Origin: an uncultured Phycisphaerales bacterium
GTDB lineage: Bacteria > Planctomycetota > Phycisphaerae > Tepidisphaerales > Tepidisphaeraceae
NCBI GenBank assembly: GCA_963755915.1
Contig: CAVWLP010000002.1
Location: 320,001 to 384,000 of the forward strand
Direction of reading: 5' to 3'
Length of the DNA: 64,000 bases
Within the stretch, counting starts at the first letter, position 1. Each line of letters begins with the position of its first letter. Of the stretch, positions 43,533 to 53,866 are shown one piece after another. Below the pieces are notes generated by a model, which saw only the letters and a list, made by a program, of their open reading frames with translations, was not told the DNA's origin and did not search any database. The position numbers and the translations under genes were made by a program.

Positions 43533-44345
43533 TCACCAACCCAAAAAGTAGAAGACGCCGGTGAAAATAAGATCGACGGTAATGAGTGCGACGATCGTGT
43601 AGACGACGGTTCGGGTCGTCGCCACGCCGACGCCCTGCGCCCCGCCGGTGACACCCAATCCCAGCCGGCAGGCCAGCGCGCTGATGAGCACGCCAAAGAC
43701 CCCTGCCTTTATCAATCCCGTAATGAAGTCCTTCAGCTTCAGGGCATCGAAGCTGTGATGAAAATACTGCGTCGCACTGGTCCCCAGAAATGTGTTCGAC
43801 GTAGCCAGCCCCCCTATCCCGCCGGCAAAATCACCGACCACGCAGATGCAGACCATCATGATCGTCGTCGCCAAAACGCGCGGCACCACAAGAAACCGCA
43901 CCGGATCAATCGCCTCCGCTTCCAGGGCTTCGATCTCCTCCGAAACCACCATCGTTCCCAGCTCCGCGGCGATCGACGCGCCGGCAAATCCCGTCAGCAC
44001 AATCGCCGAAACCAGCGGCCCCAGCTTGCGCCCCACCGCGATGGAAATGATGTCCGCAACCCTGTCCGCCGCGCCGTACTGCTTGAGGATCGGCGCCATC
44101 TGAAGCGAGAGGATCGCCCCGATGCAGAACAAGACCAGGCAAACGATTGGAATGCTGCGGACCCCCACACGGTTCATCTGCGCCCAGAGATTATCCCACC
44201 CGAGCCGGCGGCCCTGCTTGTGAAAAAGGGAGCGTCGAAATCCCCGCGCCACGTCGCCGACGAGGTAGGTCAGGTCCCCCAGAAACCGGAAGAACCCGGC
44301 CGTTGAGTTCACCACCAGCGCCAGCGGTCGCAGAACGACGTTCAT
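43533..44345 (-). CDS. mlaE: MlaE family permease
   Basis: LGPLVSAIV, AELGTMVVSEEIEAL, GVGVATTRTVV. Confidence 0.9.
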   Translation of the reverse strand: MNVVLRPLALVVNSTAGFFRFLGDLTYLVGDVARGFRRSLFHKQGRRLGWDNLWAQMNRVGVRSIPIVCLVLFCIGAILSLQMAPILKQYGAADRVADIISIAVGRKLGPLVSAIVLTGFAGASIAAELGTMVVSEEIEALEAEAIDPVRFLVVPRVLATTIMMVCICVVGDFAGGIGGLATSNTFLGTSATQYFHHSFDALKLKDFITGLIKAGVFGVLISALACRLGLGVTGGAQGVGVATTRTVVYTIVALITVDLIFTGVFYFLGW

Positions 44346-44707
44346 AACGCCAGCGCCTGCTGCTCATCGGCCGCGAGGACGAACACCGAATCCAGGCGTG
44401 CGATCTCCAGCAGTCCCTTCACCCGCGGCTGAAGCCCGACGAGCATCACCTTCCCGCCGCTGGGCCGCAATTTCTGGAGTGCTTCAACCAGCACCGCCAC
44501 GGCGCTGCTGTCCATGTACGGCACCTGGGCAAGATTGAGGATCAGCCGCTTGGGAATCGGCGAAGAGATCATCGAGAGGATCGCCGTCCGCAGTTCCGGG
44601 CTGTTGTGAAGATCGATCTCCCCCCGCGCCTCGGCAATCACCGCGTCCCCCTGCCTGCGCGGGGCGGAAACGACATCCATATTCGGCTTGGACTGCGACA
44701 TGTTCAC
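44342..44707 (-). CDS. STAS domain anti-sigma antagonist-like protein
   Basis: GEIDL, LNLAQVPYMDSSAV. Confidence 0.88.
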   Translation of the reverse strand: MNMSQSKPNMDVVSAPRRQGDAVIAEARGEIDLHNSPELRTAILSMISSPIPKRLILNLAQVPYMDSSAVAVLVEALQKLRPSGGKVMLVGLQPRVKGLLEIARLDSVFVLAADEQQALAL

Positions 44708-45123
44708 ACCAGTTTCTTCACCATTGTAAGCAGCATGCCGTCCGGCAGGCGCTCGAATTTTACATCATCCATTAATTTCCGGATGCAAACCATTCCCAGC
44801 CCGCCCGGCGACAGCTCGCCGTCAACTTTCCGCTTGATCGAGGCAGGATCAAACGGCTTGCCCCAGTCGCGGATCACCAGGCGAACCTCTCCATTGCCCT
44901 CTTCCGCGGTGACCAGAATCGGCCGGTCGACCGCCCCCTCGTATCCATGCCGCATGACGTTCGCCAGCGCTTCGTTCAGGACGAGCCCGAGGTCCCCCGC
45001 CCGCGGTTCGGTCATGCCGGCCGACATGGCAAAGTCCTCCAGCTCCTTGCGCACCGAGCGGAGGTTAGCCGGGTGGCTCTCGATTTTCCATTGCCGGGTC
45101 ATTGCGGGTGTTTGTTTAGCCAT
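44704..45123 (-). CDS. RsbW/SpoIIAB-like Ser kinase (HATPase)
   Basis: EALANVMRHGY, IRDWGKPFDP, GGLGMVCIRKLMD. Confidence 0.88.
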   Translation of the reverse strand: MAKQTPAMTRQWKIESHPANLRSVRKELEDFAMSAGMTEPRAGDLGLVLNEALANVMRHGYEGAVDRPILVTAEEGNGEVRLVIRDWGKPFDPASIKRKVDGELSPGGLGMVCIRKLMDDVKFERLPDGMLLTMVKKLV

Positions 45124-45422
45124 TGGTACCAGCGGGCGATCGCGGCTTTGCGATCGGTTTCACAAGCATAATAACAATATCCCATATCCGCTCCGGTGAT
45201 TCGTGTGAGCGCCGAATTTGCCGAAAATCGCACCGCCGAATCGTTGCTGCCCAGAAGCGCGATCAGCCGCGGGACAGCGCGATGGTCCTTGTTTGCCGCG
45301 GCCGTCTTAATCGCCGGAATCACCGTCGGCGCGGAATCACTCCACAGCGAGGGAGGGTCGGGAGAAAAACACCCTCCCACCAAACACACGGCGAGAATCA
45401 AGATGCCGGTTTTACAGTTCAT
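45099..45422 (-). CDS. HEAT-repeat lipoprotein
   Basis: Lipobox LVGGC; AVPRLIALL..DSAVRFSANSALTRITG. Confidence 0.75.
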   Translation of the reverse strand: MNCKTGILILAVCLVGGCFSPDPPSLWSDSAPTVIPAIKTAAANKDHRAVPRLIALLGSNDSAVRFSANSALTRITGADMGYCYYACETDRKAAIARWYQWLNKHPQ

Positions 45423-46040
45423 TTCAATCCGGCAGAGCCGTGCGCACATATCGTCGTGATTCCGACGATTGGTATAAAACATCCGTATTATAAGCGGAGG
45501 GAGTGTACCAAGGCAGCGCTTATCGGACTTTCAATCGCTGAATCTCCATATTTGGCGACCGGGACGGGTTCCCCGTAAGTCCCTGTCAGTCTGCTCTTTG
45601 TGATCCCCACACCTGCCCCGCCTTTTCATTCCGCATTTGGCAATCGGCAATCGGCATTTGCGTGAGCGTTACATGGACTGCACGTAGATGATCAATTCAA
45701 CTTTCGCCGCCGCCGGCTCAGTACGCCCACAGTGGGTGGGAATCGTCACATCCTTCGCGCGGGGCGTTTTTCGTCGCGGTAAAATTCAGATGATGGGAAT
45801 CGATTTGCTCGACATTTTCCCGTTTGCTTTCGTCATTGCTGTGGTTTGGAGATTTTCCGTTGTAGCTCTGTGGCACCTAATTACGGCGATTATGCATCGT
45901 GACTGAAGAGCATCGCCGCCGGCGAAAAAGTGACCTGGAGAATTCGAATGAGCCGGGAACTCCCAACCCCTTTGAATTCTCTCCGCGCACAGCAAGCAGC
46001 CTGAACATATCCGCGCCCCACGCACATTTTTGCGATTGCG

Positions 46041-46529
46041 GTGCTTCGCTATGGCGAGATAACCTACGTTATCGTGGATTTAGGGGACGACACAAGTTCG
46101 CCTCCGCCTGAACCGCCAATCGGTCGCACCTGGCGGCTGCTTGTCTGCGACGATTCCCCCATTGAAAGCCTCGCCGTCGCCCATTACCTGCGCGGCAACG
46201 GCTACACCGTCGAGGTCTCGATGGATGCAGAGTCCGCCGTCGAGCTCCTCCAGCACCGCCCAATCGACCTCCTGATCCTCGATCTGCAAATGCCCGGCAA
46301 GGATGGCTTCTTTGTGTTGACGTACCTGCAAAAAAATCGCCCGGGATTGCCCGTGATCCTGCTTTCAGGAATGCCCATCGACGAAATCCAGGAACACATT
46401 CATCAGCTCCCCTCGCGCGAGCTTCCGCCGCTCCTGTTGAAGCCTGTCGATCCGATTCAGTTGCTTGAGCTGATCGCCATGCACCTGGCCGGCGAGCTTC
46501 CGGCTTTTCCGCCTTTTGAAGACAAGTAG
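46041..46529 (+). CDS. Single-domain response regulator receiver (start uncertain)
   Basis: LVCDD, LDLQMPGKDG, VILLS, KP. Confidence 0.85.
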   Translation: MLRYGEITYVIVDLGDDTSSPPPEPPIGRTWRLLVCDDSPIESLAVAHYLRGNGYTVEVSMDAESAVELLQHRPIDLLILDLQMPGKDGFFVLTYLQKNRPGLPVILLSGMPIDEIQEHIHQLPSRELPPLLLKPVDPIQLLELIAMHLAGELPAFPPFEDK

Positions 46530-46570
46530 GAAACTCTTAGGGGTCTGGAGAGCCGGGTCGCTCGCGATCC

Positions 46571-46792
46571 TTTAATCGTAACAACAGTTTATTCGTCGGC
46601 AACGAGCGCGGCGGCCAAACCGCGGCGATCCTGTCGAGCCTGACCAGCACGTGCCGTCGGCACAGCATCGATCCTCAGCGTTATCTGACTCAGTTGATGT
46701 CGAATTTGCCGGCCGCGCCGATCAGCCAACTTGAGCAATGGTTGCCGGACCACTGGATGCGGCGAAATCCGCAGCGTTCGGGTAAGGTCTGA
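46571..46792 (+). pseudogene. IS66 transposase C-terminal remnant (not in the ORF track)
   Basis: Translates RNNSLFVGNERGGQTAAILSSLTSTCRRHSIDPQRYL...WLPDHW. Confidence 0.8.
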
Positions 46793-46800
46793 GCGTCGTC

Positions 46801-47600
46801 ATGCTCAACGATTTCGAACAGCTGGTCCACGACGCACTGCACGCGAACTTTTCCGGCTGGGATTTTGCGTTCCTAGACGAACGGTTGGTCGAGGATCCGC
46901 TCCCGTGGGACTACTTGCAGCGAGTTCGGCAACAGATCTCCACTGCCACCGCGATGCTCGATCTCTGCACTGGTGGCGGTGAGCGCCTAGCTAACCTTGC
47001 CCCATTGCCGCGACTTACCATCGCCACTGAGTCCTACAAACCCAACGTGCTAGTCGCTTCGCGCCGCCTGCGCAAGCTTGGTGCGGTTGTAGTTCATGTC
47101 GATCAAGAAACCCAAAATTTGCATGGACCGTCGGGTGGTCAGGGTGGCCCATATCCCCAAAGGCGTCTTCCGTTTGTAGACTCGTTCTTCGATCTAGTCA
47201 CCTGCCGGCACGGCTCTTACTCATCCGAGGAAGTTGCTCGCCTGCTTCGACCGGGCGGAACATTCATCGCGCAACTCGTTGGAGAAGACAATTATCCCCA
47301 CCTAAACAGCCGCCTTCACGGCCCGCGCACCGTATGGAATCCACCGGGTAGCGCAAAGCCGCCAACACTGGAGGAATTTGGACTCGAGGTGCTTGAGCGT
47401 CAGGAAGCCAAGCCGCAGTCCATCTTCAAGGACATCGGAGCGATAGTCTATTATCTTAAAGCCGTCCCCTGGCAAATTGCCGACTTCGATGTTGAACATT
47501 ATCTCGATCGTCTTCGCCGTCTTTACGAGGAAATGCAGAATACCTGTGGGTTGCGAACGCACTACCACCGTCGTTTCGTCGTGGCGCAAGAGATGAGCGG
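46801..47600 (+). CDS. Class I SAM-dependent methyltransferase (true 3' end uncertain)
   Basis: FSGWDF, LDLCTGGGE, LRPGGTF, YLKAVPWQ; ORF tail beyond ~47600 overlaps the GGDEF gene and looks spurious. Confidence 0.8.
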
Positions 47601-47736
47601 GCTGGCCGGTTGGTCCCCGACGATCTGGTGCGGCTGTTCCGCTTCCGGGCGCTGCGGTTTATTCATGCCGGGCCAGCATGCCGACTCTCGGCGAAAGGAA
47701 AAAGATGTGCTCTACATACCGGACACGCATTTGCCT

Positions 47737-48745
47737 TCACGCCGCCTGCGTCGCGTTCTTCGCCGTTGCCGGTGCGGCTGCACGATGATGAGTCTTCGCC
47801 TCGTACAGGCGCTCGTCGGCCTTTTTGAGAAGATTTGCCGCGGTCGGCTCCGAAAGCTCGGTAATCGCACACACCCCGATCGAAAGCCGCGGCTTGCGCG
47901 ACTTTGTATGTCTCCACCAGCGAATGCACCAGCGATTGCAGCCTCGCCCCCGCTTTTCGAGCCACCGCCGGCTCGCAGCCCGGCAGCAAAATCGCGAACT
48001 CGTCGCCGCCATATCGGCAGCCAAAATCGCTCTCGCGGATCGTGCTGGTGATGATCTGACCTATCGACTTCAGCAGCTCGTCACCCGCCGGATGGCCCAG
48101 CGTGTCGTTCAGCGCCTTGAAGTGATCCACATCGATCATCATCAGGGAAATCTGCTTGTGCTCCGTGGCACAGTGGGCGATGAGCTGCGGCAGAAGCTGA
48201 TCCAGCATCCGCCGGTTGAACAGCCCCGTCACCGGATCGCGAACCACCTGGTTTCGCAAGGTCGCGATCGTTCGCTCCAGCACCGACGTGCGGTTGGCAA
48301 TTCGCTGATGCACTTCCTGCTGCAGCTCGCTCACCGCCTGCCGCTGGTGGCGAAGCTCGTGCAACATGAGTTTCACTTCTTCCGAAAGCTCCCGCAGCGC
48401 GCCGGGCTTGTACTTGGCGAATTCTTCGATCAGCGCGCGCCCCATGCGGATTTCGTGGATGAGCCGGCGCATGTTATCGCTGGGCATCACCCACTGTTTC
48501 CGATGCCGCAGCGCCATGGCGACCGCCATGCAGATCGCCGCCGCCGCCAGCACCACCCGCAGCACCTTGTCGGCGCTGTCGGCCATCACCAGCGGAAGAA
48601 GCTTGGCAATCACCCCCACCGCCGCCACCCCTCCGGCCATGAGAAGCGCGGGCGCCAGCGTCATTTTCAGAAGATTTTTGCTCGGAGCGGCCGCATTATC
48701 GGCCGGTTCGGGCAGCGCAGGCGCAACGCTTTGGGACGGCTCCAT
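47737..48745 (-). CDS. Membrane-bound diguanylate cyclase, frameshift near 47890
   Basis: Two TMs, coiled coil, DPVTGLFNRR, NDTLGHPAGD, RYGGDEF; SIG..ADERLYEAK in the shifted frame. Confidence 0.9.
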
Positions 48746-48915
48746 CTGTCGTACCTCCGCCCTCGTAATCGGCCGTTAATCCTTTCCGGTGGAGTCGAAA
48801 ATGCCGCTCTCCGTTAAATCTCCCCTAATCCGCAAAGTCCCACTTCAACCCCCCATTTCAATCGCCGATATAACGGTGGATTCGCCATCAATTTGGGACG
48901 TGTGCAATGGGCCAG

Positions 48916-50327
48916 ATGGAATATGATTTGGCAGTAATCGGTTCCGGACCCGCCGGGCAAAAAGCCGCTCTCAACGCGGCCAAACTCGGCAAGTCCGTCG
49001 CCGTCATCGAACGCACCGAAAGCCTCGGCGGGGTCTGCATCCACACCGGCACCGTCCCCTCAAAAGCCATTCGCGAAGCGGTCCTTCATCTCACCGGATT
49101 GCGCGAACGCTCCGTCTACGGCTCCAGCTATGCCGTCAAGCACGACATCCACATGTCCGACCTCCTCTACCGCGCCGACCATGTCGTGCGCACCGAGGTG
49201 GAAGTCATCAGCAGCCAGATGGAACGCAACGGCATCTCCCTGATGTTCGGCTCCGCCTCCTTCGTCGATCCGCACACGCTCAACGTCGTTCGCGGCGATC
49301 AAAACACTCAACTGCACGCCAAGTTTATTCTCGTCGCCGTCGGAACCGTCCCCGCGCGCCCAGCCAGGTTCCGTTTACGCCCGGCATCGTCATCGACAGC
49401 ACCGACCTGCTCACGCTGAAGGAACTCCCCCGAAGCATGATCATCGTCGGCGGCGGTGTCATCGGAACGGAATATGCCTGCATGCTCGCCGCCTGCGGCG
49501 TGCGCGTCACCCTCATCGAATCGCGCCCGCGCCTGCTCGAATTCGTCGACGACGAGCTGGCCGAAAATCTCCAGTTCCGCCTCCGCGACATGGGAATCCG
49601 CCTCCGCCTCGGTGAATCCGTCTCCTCCATCGAAGTCATCGAGGGCCATGTCCGCGCCACCCTCGCCAGCAGCAAAATAATCCCCGCCGACTCTCTCATG
49701 TATTGCATCGGCCGCCAGGGGGCGACGGATGCGCTCAACCTCACCGCCGCCGGCTTGCAGGCCGACAACCGCGGCCGGTTGAAGGTCAACGAATCTCTCC
49801 AGACCGCCGTCCCGCACATTTACGCCGCCGGCGACGTGATCGGATTCCCCGCCCTGGCATCGACGAGCATGGAGCAGGGACGCCTGGCAAGCTGCCACAT
49901 GTTCCACGTCCTGGCCAATTCGACCAGCGCCCTTTTCCCGTACGGAATCTACACCATCCCCGAAATGAGCATGGTCGGCCAAAGCGAGCAGCAGCTCACG
50001 CAGCAAAACATCCCCTACGAAGTCGGCCTGGCCCGCTACCGCGAGATCGCCCGCGGGCAACTGATCGCCGACCCCAACGGCCTGCTCAAGCTCCTCTTCC
50101 ACGCCGAAAGCCACCGCCTCCTTGGCTGCCACGCCATCGGCACCGGAGCGACGGAACTGATCCACATCGGCCAGACCGTCATGGCCGCGGGTATGTCCAT
50201 CGAATATTTCGTCGACACCGTCTTCAATTACCCCACGCTGGCCGAATGCTACAAAGTCGCGGCCCTGGATGGACTGAATCGGGTCCGCGCGACGCCGGTG
50301 ATCGAGTTACAAGCCACCGCCGCCTGA
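48916..50327 (+). CDS. sthA: Soluble pyridine nucleotide transhydrogenase, frameshift near 49365
   Basis: GSGPAG, GGVCIHTGTVPSK, GDVIGFPALASTSMEQGR, FNYPTLAECYKVAALD. Confidence 0.93.
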
Positions 50328-50422
50328 AACTCAGCGTTTCTCCCCTCTCCTGGTACTCCGGGAGAGGGGGCAAACAATGGCCGGCCTTTATTGCAGTAGC
50401 GAAATCTCTTAAAATCCAGTCC

Positions 50423-50995
50423 ATGCGCCACGTGATTTCCGCCTTAGTCGTCAACGAACCCGGCGTCCTCGCCAACGTCGCCAGCATGTTTGCCGCCCGC
50501 GGCTTCAACATCGATTCACTCGTCGTCGGCCGCACAGAGGACCCCAAAACCTCCCGGATGACGATCGTCGTCGAAGCCGATGAAAACACCCTCGAGCAGG
50601 TGCGCAAACAGCTCGCCAAGCTCGTTCCCGTAACCCAGGTCAAAGACTACAAAGGCACCGCCTACATCGAGCGCGACCTGGCCCTGCTCACCGTCGGCGC
50701 CGGCCAGGCCAGCCGCCACGAGGTCATCGAAATCGTCAATCTCTTCCGCGGAAAAGTCGTCGACGTCGCCCGCGAGAGCCTCATGGTCGAACTCTCCGGC
50801 ACCGAGGAAAAAATCGAAAAATTCATCGAGCTGATGAAACCCTACGGCATCCGCGAACTCGCCCGCACGGGTGTCATCGCCATGATGCGCGGAATGCAGA
50901 TCGCCAAGGAAGTCGAAATAGCCCCGGCGCCAGGCAGCGCAAAGAGAAAGCGAAGCATTGATGCCCCGCCGACGGCTGCTCTGCCGCCGAGCTAG
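50423..50995 (+). CDS. ilvN: Acetolactate synthase small subunit
   Basis: NEPGVLANVASMFAARGFNIDSLVVG, ELARTG. Confidence 0.93.
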   Translation: MRHVISALVVNEPGVLANVASMFAARGFNIDSLVVGRTEDPKTSRMTIVVEADENTLEQVRKQLAKLVPVTQVKDYKGTAYIERDLALLTVGAGQASRHEVIEIVNLFRGKVVDVARESLMVELSGTEEKIEKFIELMKPYGIRELARTGVIAMMRGMQIAKEVEIAPAPGSAKRKRSIDAPPTAALPPS

Positions 50996-51000
50996 GGGTG

Positions 51001-51122
51001 GAAATCCGAAGCCCGAAACCAGAATGACGAATCAAATTCGAATGACGAAATCCGAATGGCATTTAATTCGTCATTCGGTCATTCGGGTTTGATTCGTCAT
51101 TCTGGTTTCGGATTTCTGGTTT
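51001..51122. repeat. Long heptamer-built palindrome between convergent genes
   Basis: cgaaaccagaatgacgaatcaaa / tttgattcgtcattctggtttcg. Confidence 0.8.
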
Positions 51123-51132
51123 AAGCGCAGCG

Positions 51133-51975
51133 TCACTCCCCCTTCCCCTCCGCCTTATCATCCGCATCATACGCCTGATCCGCGTTCTCCCCGCGCACTT
51201 CAATCCGTTCCATCGAGATCGCCCGCCCCGTCTCCGGATCGATCTCCGCCAGCGCTCCGCACATGCGCACGTCCGCCGTCGCGACCTCAAACGGATGCGG
51301 CATGTTCGTCGTCATGTGCTTCAGCACCCGGTCCTTCCTGCGCCCCAGCACCGAATCGTACGGCCCGCACATGCCCATGTCGGTGATCGCCGCGCTGCCG
51401 CCCGGCAGCACGCGGGCATCCGCCGTCGGGATGTGCGTGTGCGTGCCGACGATAATCGAGCATCGGCCATCCAGCCAATGCTCCATCGCCACTTTTTCGC
51501 TGGTGGCCTCCGCGTGCATATCGCAGACGCACACGCGAACGCTCTCCGGAATCTGCGCCAGAACTTCATCCGCCGCCGCGAAAGGATCGTTGGCCGGGAC
51601 GTTCATGTAAATCCGCCCCAGCAGACAAAACACCGCCACCTTAACGCCGGAATTGGTCGACACGACGGTATACCTTCGCCCCGCGGCTGAGGCGGCAAGG
51701 TTGGCCGGGCGGACGATCCGCTCGCTGCTCTGAAGCGTCGGGATGATATCGGCCTTGCGGTAAAGATGATCGCCGAGCGTCACCACATCCACGCCGTAGC
51801 TGCGGATTTTGTTGAAGAGATTGGCTGTGATCCCGCTGCCCCCCGCGACGTTCTCGGCGTTGGCGACCACCAGGTCGATGGCGCGTTCGCGAACCAGTGC
51901 CGGCAATTTCTGGTGCAGAATCTGCCGGCCGGGACGACCTACCACGTCGCCGAGGCACAGAATTCGAAGGGGCAT
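51133..51975 (-). CDS. YmdB-family metallophosphoesterase
   Basis: GDVVGRPG, NAEN, DMHAEATSEK, GTHTHIPTAD, TDMGMCG. Confidence 0.92.
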   Translation of the reverse strand: MPLRILCLGDVVGRPGRQILHQKLPALVRERAIDLVVANAENVAGGSGITANLFNKIRSYGVDVVTLGDHLYRKADIIPTLQSSERIVRPANLAASAAGRRYTVVSTNSGVKVAVFCLLGRIYMNVPANDPFAAADEVLAQIPESVRVCVCDMHAEATSEKVAMEHWLDGRCSIIVGTHTHIPTADARVLPGGSAAITDMGMCGPYDSVLGRRKDRVLKHMTTNMPHPFEVATADVRMCGALAEIDPETGRAISMERIEVRGENADQAYDADDKAEGKGE

Positions 51976-51982
51976 ATTAGAA

Positions 51983-53841
51983 CTAGGATAGCGGGGAATT
52001 TGGGGATTGATAAGAGTGGTTCACTTCAGGTCCGCCGGATGGGGTCAATCCGAGCGGGGAGCCCGGCGGTACTGCTTCTCCCGCCTTAACGCCCCTGCGG
52101 GACAAATGCCTAGCATACAAGAGCAATCCCACGCCCGCGCCCAGCAGCATTGCCGAGCAGGCGAAGATGCCCAGGCGCCGGAAAGGGGATTGGGAATCAG
52201 CACCAGCACCAGAATGAAGCTGCCGTAGATGCATCCGAGCGTGCCCAGCAATTTGGCCTGGGCATGCGTGTTGTCCGCGCCCACTTCCCGTTGGAAATCA
52301 ACCGGCGTGTTCATGCGGCGGAAAAATTCATCCACCTGGCGCCCATACGCCAGATCATCCGCGGGCCAATACCAGCGGCGCGAGAGCATGAAGAAGCCGC
52401 ACGTCAGCGGAAACGCGATGATGTTGGTGGTGAACAGCGGATTCTTGGCCAGGTAATGGTAAATCCCATGGCCAAGCACGGGAGAAAGCAGACGCTCGAG
52501 TGCCGCCGTCGGAAGAATGTTGTAAAAGAAAATCGCCATCAGGGTGCCGAAAACCACCGCCGTCCACGCGGCCCAGCGCGGCGTTTTTTTCATGATCATC
52601 CCAAGCACCAGCGGCACCGCGATCGGCATCGTGACGTATGCCCCCAGGTAAAGATAAGCATTGCGCAGCGGCAGGTCGGGACGGTGCGCCAGCAGCACCG
52701 CCAGCAGCGCGATCGTCACGGCGCACAGCAGTGTCGCCAGCTTGCCCGCCGCCAGCAGCTCGCCGTCGCCGGCGCTTTTGCGAAGGATCGGCTGATAAAA
52801 GTTCTTCACCAAGAATCCGGCGTTTTTGTTCAGTGCCACGTCCATCGCCGCGATCGTCGCCGAGAACATCGCCGCGATCATCAGCCCGAGCAGCCCGCGC
52901 GGCAGCACCGCGACGCACACCGCGATGTAAGTCGTCTCCCCCGGCTTCAGCATCGAATGCTGAACCAGATGCGGCGCCAGCGTGAATGCCGCCAGCGGTG
53001 GAATGAACCAGAAAATCGGCATGATTATATACCCTACCATCGGCACCAGAGCCGTGCGCCGGGCTTCACGGCCATCCTTGGCGGGAATGTATTTCGAGAA
53101 AATCGCCATGTTGTTTTTGCTGTAGAGCGCCACCGCGATCGTCGAAACGATGTAAAGCCAGTCATATTGCGCTGATCCGAGCGGCTTGAAGAAGACCCAC
53201 CGATCCGGTGGAACCTGGTGCAGGAAGGCGTGAATGCCCCCAACTTTCACCAGCGTCAGCACCGCCGTGACGATCGTGATCCCCATCAGCAGCAGGAGCT
53301 GGATGAAATCGCTGGCCACCACCGCCCAGTTGCCCCCCAGCAACGAAATCACCAGCACCACCGCCGCCGTGCACAGAATGACCGCACCCTGCGGCAGCGC
53401 GAACGCCACCGCCAGGATGATCGAAAGCCCCACCAGCCACACCGCCCCCGTCAAAAGCGCGTTAACGATCTGAAGCCAATTGAAAAACTGCTCGTTAAAC
53501 GGCCCAAAGCGCAGGCGCACCGCGTCCATCGCGGTGATCACCCGCAACTGCCGGAAGCGCGGAGCAAACCAGACGGCGCTGAGGGCGAAGCCCAGAACGT
53601 CCACAAAGCTGACGGCGAAGACCAGGATGCCAAACGTGTAGGCGATGTCGGCCCCGCCGGTGAAAGTCCAGCAACTGAAGTTGGAGATGAATGAGCTGGC
53701 GCCAAGCAGCCACCAGGTCATTTGAAACCCGCCGGCGAAATAATCCTTGCTCCCCCGATTGAATCGCCGGAAGACAAATCCGATCGACGCCAGGAAAACC
53801 AGGTACCCGGCGATGATGAAGTAGTCGTACCTGGAAATCAC
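51983..53841 (-). CDS. Sodium:solute symporter, frameshift near C-terminus
   Basis: DYFAGG, FSCWTFTG, GLMIAAMFSAT; many TM segments. Confidence 0.88.
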
Positions 53842-53866
53842 GGGCGATGTGCAGCCGTTGCCGGCG

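Noticed and set aside
45790-45906. Possible 38-aa hydrophobic peptide upstream of the response regulator
   Set aside because: No family motif or clear RBS; not supportable from sequence alone.
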